64,000 nt of DNA from positions 29,119 to 93,118 of the forward strand of contig CANRFV010000006.1 of the NCBI GenBank assembly GCA_947629985.1. The letters are read 5' to 3'. The notes beneath the pieces were generated by a model. It was not told where the DNA came from. It searched no databases and saw only the letters and a list, made by a program, of their open reading frames with translations. Shown here piece after piece: positions 62,109-64,000 of this stretch. The translations under genes and the position numbers were made by a program. How positions within the stretch are numbered: the first letter of the stretch is position 1; each line of letters opens with the position of its first letter. This DNA comes from an uncultured Clostridia bacterium (GTDB lineage: Bacteria; Bacillota; Clostridia; Christensenellales; CAG-314).

Positions 62109-64000
62109 GTGAGCAAAACCTACGAAGCAAAAGATATTCAGGTGCTGGAAGGTCTGGACGCCGTGCGTATGCGCCCCGGTATGTATATCGGAACCACGGG
62201 CAGAGCGGGGCTTCACCATCTGTTGTGGGAGATAGTGGACAATGCGGTGGACGAAGCGACAAACGGCTTTGCCGATCGCGTTGAAATAACGTTGCATCGC
62301 GACGGCAGCGTAACCGTGTCGGATAACGGCAGGGGTATTCCCGTCGACGAACATCCGCAACTTAAAATTTCGGGCGTGGAAGTGGTATTTACCCAACTGC
62401 ATGCCGGCGGCAAGTTCAACAACGAAAACTACGCGTTTTCGGGCGGACTGCACGGCGTGGGTGCCAGCGTAACCAACGCGTTGTCAAGTTGGCTTACGGT
62501 GGACGTGTGCAAGGGCGGTTACGAATACGTACAGCATTTTCACAGCCCCTACGATGAAGAACACCAAAAGGTGCTAAGCGGCATACCCAAGGACAAACTT
62601 ACCTGCGTGGGCGCAACCGACAAGCACGGTTCCACAATAACGTTTCTTGCCGACTCGCGCGTGTTCAAAAATATTCAGATGGACCACGAAGTCATTCACA
62701 AGCGCATTAAGGAACTTGCCTTTTTGAACAAGGGCATTACGTTTGTGCTTACCGACGAGCGCAAGGACGACGATGACGGCAACATTACCACCGAAACGTT
62801 TTGTTACGACGGCGGATTGAAAGACTTTGTGTTGTATCTTAACGAAAACAAAGCGCCGTTGCATCTCAAACCTATGTACTGGGCGGGGCAAAACGACGTG
62901 TTGCAGTTGGAATTTGCCTTCCAATACACGTCCAATTACACCGAAAACGTAATATCGTACGTAAACAACATTCCCACGGGCGAAGGCGGCATGCACGAAA
63001 CGGGCTTAAAAACCGCCATGACCAAGGTAATGAACGATTACGCCCGCAGCAAAGGCTATCTCAAAGCCAAGGACGAAAACCTGTTCGGCGAAGATTTTCG
63101 CGAAGGAATAACGTTGGTAATGTCCGTAAAAATGGCAAACGTGCAGTTTGAAGGGCAAACCAAAACCAAACTCGGCAACGTCGAAGCGCGTATCGCGTGC
63201 GAAGCGTTGGCAACCGAAGGTTTTACTCAGTTGCTCAACAGCGACAGCGGCACAGCCGAAATCATCATAAAAAAATCCATCGCTTCGGCAAAAGTGCGCG
63301 AAGCGGCGCGCAAAGCCAAGGAAGTTACCCGTCAAAAGAACGCGATATTCAATTCTACATTGGTGGGCAAGTTGGCAAGTTGCACGGGCAGAGACGCCTC
63401 GAAAAACGAACTGTTTATTGTGGAAGGCGATTCGGCGGGCGGCAGTGCCAAGCAAGCGCGCAACCGCAGGTTTCAGGCGATATTGCCTTTGCGCGGCAAA
63501 CCGCTCAATGCGGAGCGTAAGCGTATCGACCAAGTACTTGCCAACGACGAGATACGTTCGCTTATTTCAGCGCTGGATACGGGTATAGGCGAAGAGGACT
63601 TCAACATCGATGACCTTAAATACAACAAGATAATAATTTTGTCCGATGCCGACCAGGACGGCGCGCATATCCGCGCCATTTTGCTTACGTTCTTCTTCCG
63701 TTATATGAAGGAACTAATTACCGAAGGACACGTATATATAGGAATGCCGCCGCTGTACAAAATTTCCAAAAAGGACAAGGTGCGTTACGCCTACGACGAT
63801 TACGAATTGCAGGAGATTGTGCAGGAGTTTGGCAGGGGCTACGATTTGCAACGGTACAAGGGCTTGGGCGAAATGAACGCCGAGCAACTGTGGGAAACAA
63901 CGATGAATCCGCAATCGCGCACGCTTATGCGCGTAACTATCGAAAATTTCAGCGAAGCGGAGCGTATGGTAACCACGCTTATGGGCGATCAGATCGACGC
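62109..64000 (+). CDS. type IIA DNA topoisomerase subunit B (GyrB/ParE family, 3'-truncated by the window edge; C-terminal motifs look more ParE-like)
   Basis: Not in the ORF track because no stop is reached. GTG 62109 behind GGAGG. My translation gives VSKTYEAKDIQVLEGLDAVRMRPGMYIG..LHHLLWEIVDNAVDEA..GLHGVGASV...EGDSAGGSAKQARNR..PLRGK..DADQDGAHI..QRYKGLGEMNAEQLWETTMNP..RVTIENFSEAERMVTTLMGD. Confidence 0.9.
   Translation, partial: MSKTYEAKDIQVLEGLDAVRMRPGMYIGTTGRAGLHHLLWEIVDNAVDEATNGFADRVEITLHRDGSVTVSDNGRGIPVDEHPQLKISGVEVVFTQLHAGGKFNNENYAFSGGLHGVGASVTNALSSWLTVDVCKGGYEYVQHFHSPYDEEHQKVLSGIPKDKLTCVGATDKHGSTITFLADSRVFKNIQMDHEVIHKRIKELAFLNKGITFVLTDERKDDDDGNITTETFCYDGGLKDFVLYLNENKAPLHLKPMYWAGQNDVLQLEFAFQYTSNYTENVISYVNNIPTGEGGMHETGLKTAMTKVMNDYARSKGYLKAKDENLFGEDFREGITLVMSVKMANVQFEGQTKTKLGNVEARIACEALATEGFTQLLNSDSGTAEIIIKKSIASAKVREAARKAKEVTRQKNAIFNSTLVGKLASCTGRDASKNELFIVEGDSAGGSAKQARNRRFQAILPLRGKPLNAERKRIDQVLANDEIRSLISALDTGIGEEDFNIDDLKYNKIIILSDADQDGAHIRAILLTFFFRYMKELITEGHVYIGMPPLYKISKKDKVRYAYDDYELQEIVQEFGRGYDLQRYKGLGEMNAEQLWETTMNPQSRTLMRVTIENFSEAERMVTTLMGDQID

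Noticed and set aside
1-64000. Mobile elements, prophage, or defence islands (restriction, toxin-antitoxin, Cas, retron, reverse transcriptase)
   Set aside because: No transposase, integrase, recombinase, reverse transcriptase, capsid or terminase, or nuclease-helicase defence signature was recognisable in any frame. The only nuclease is the SNase-type lipoprotein inside a transport operon.

Overview
Housekeeping-rich chromosomal segment. It reads like a spore-forming anaerobic Firmicute (Clostridia-like) of intermediate GC content. That is an inference from an rnfCDGEAB operon, lipobox lipoproteins, a YhcN/YlaJ-like protein, AGGAGG-type ribosome binding sites and many near-consensus TTGACA-17-TATAAT promoters. 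I call 55 protein genes (48 on +, 7 on -). They include pepF, deoC, rnfCDGEAB, an S41 peptidase, nth, obg, yhbY, typA, glmS, a sugar-type ABC importer operon, a galactokinase-family kinase, an XRE-cupin regulator with potABCD, a GH20 hexosaminidase, pfkA, ribU, tsaE-tsaB-rimI, murF-ddl, a WYL regulator, murG, nagB and the 5' part of a GyrB/ParE-type topoisomerase gene. One classical cis-regulatory RNA is clear: an FMN riboswitch with terminator in front of ribU. I recognise no rRNA, tRNA, CRISPR array, transposase, integrase or phage gene. The most unusual content falls into four groups. (1) An eight-gene operon at 28.2-38.9 kb joins a CUT1-type ABC importer to a staphylococcal-nuclease lipoprotein, a 796-aa OB-fold/Ig-repeat lipoprotein and two unknown membrane proteins. 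(2) Several housekeeping proteins have odd architectures: RnfG with two FMN-binding domains, MurF with a membrane N-terminus, PotA with a duplicated C-terminal domain, and PotD with a lipobox plus a C-terminal anchor. (3) The long intergenic regions hold structured repeats: mirrored arrays of short hairpins flanked by AGTG/CACT, a re-used terminator module, a 124-bp tandem duplication, and a 480-nt A-depleted tract with six helically phased direct repeats beside an AT-rich block upstream of the topoisomerase gene. (4) There is an orphan promoter-to-terminator unit at 27.86-28.10 kb that is either a rod-folded small RNA or a small hydrophobic-peptide mRNA. All functional calls rest on motif and family recognition by eye, with no database search. 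Start codons were trimmed from the ORF track to RBS-supported starts.
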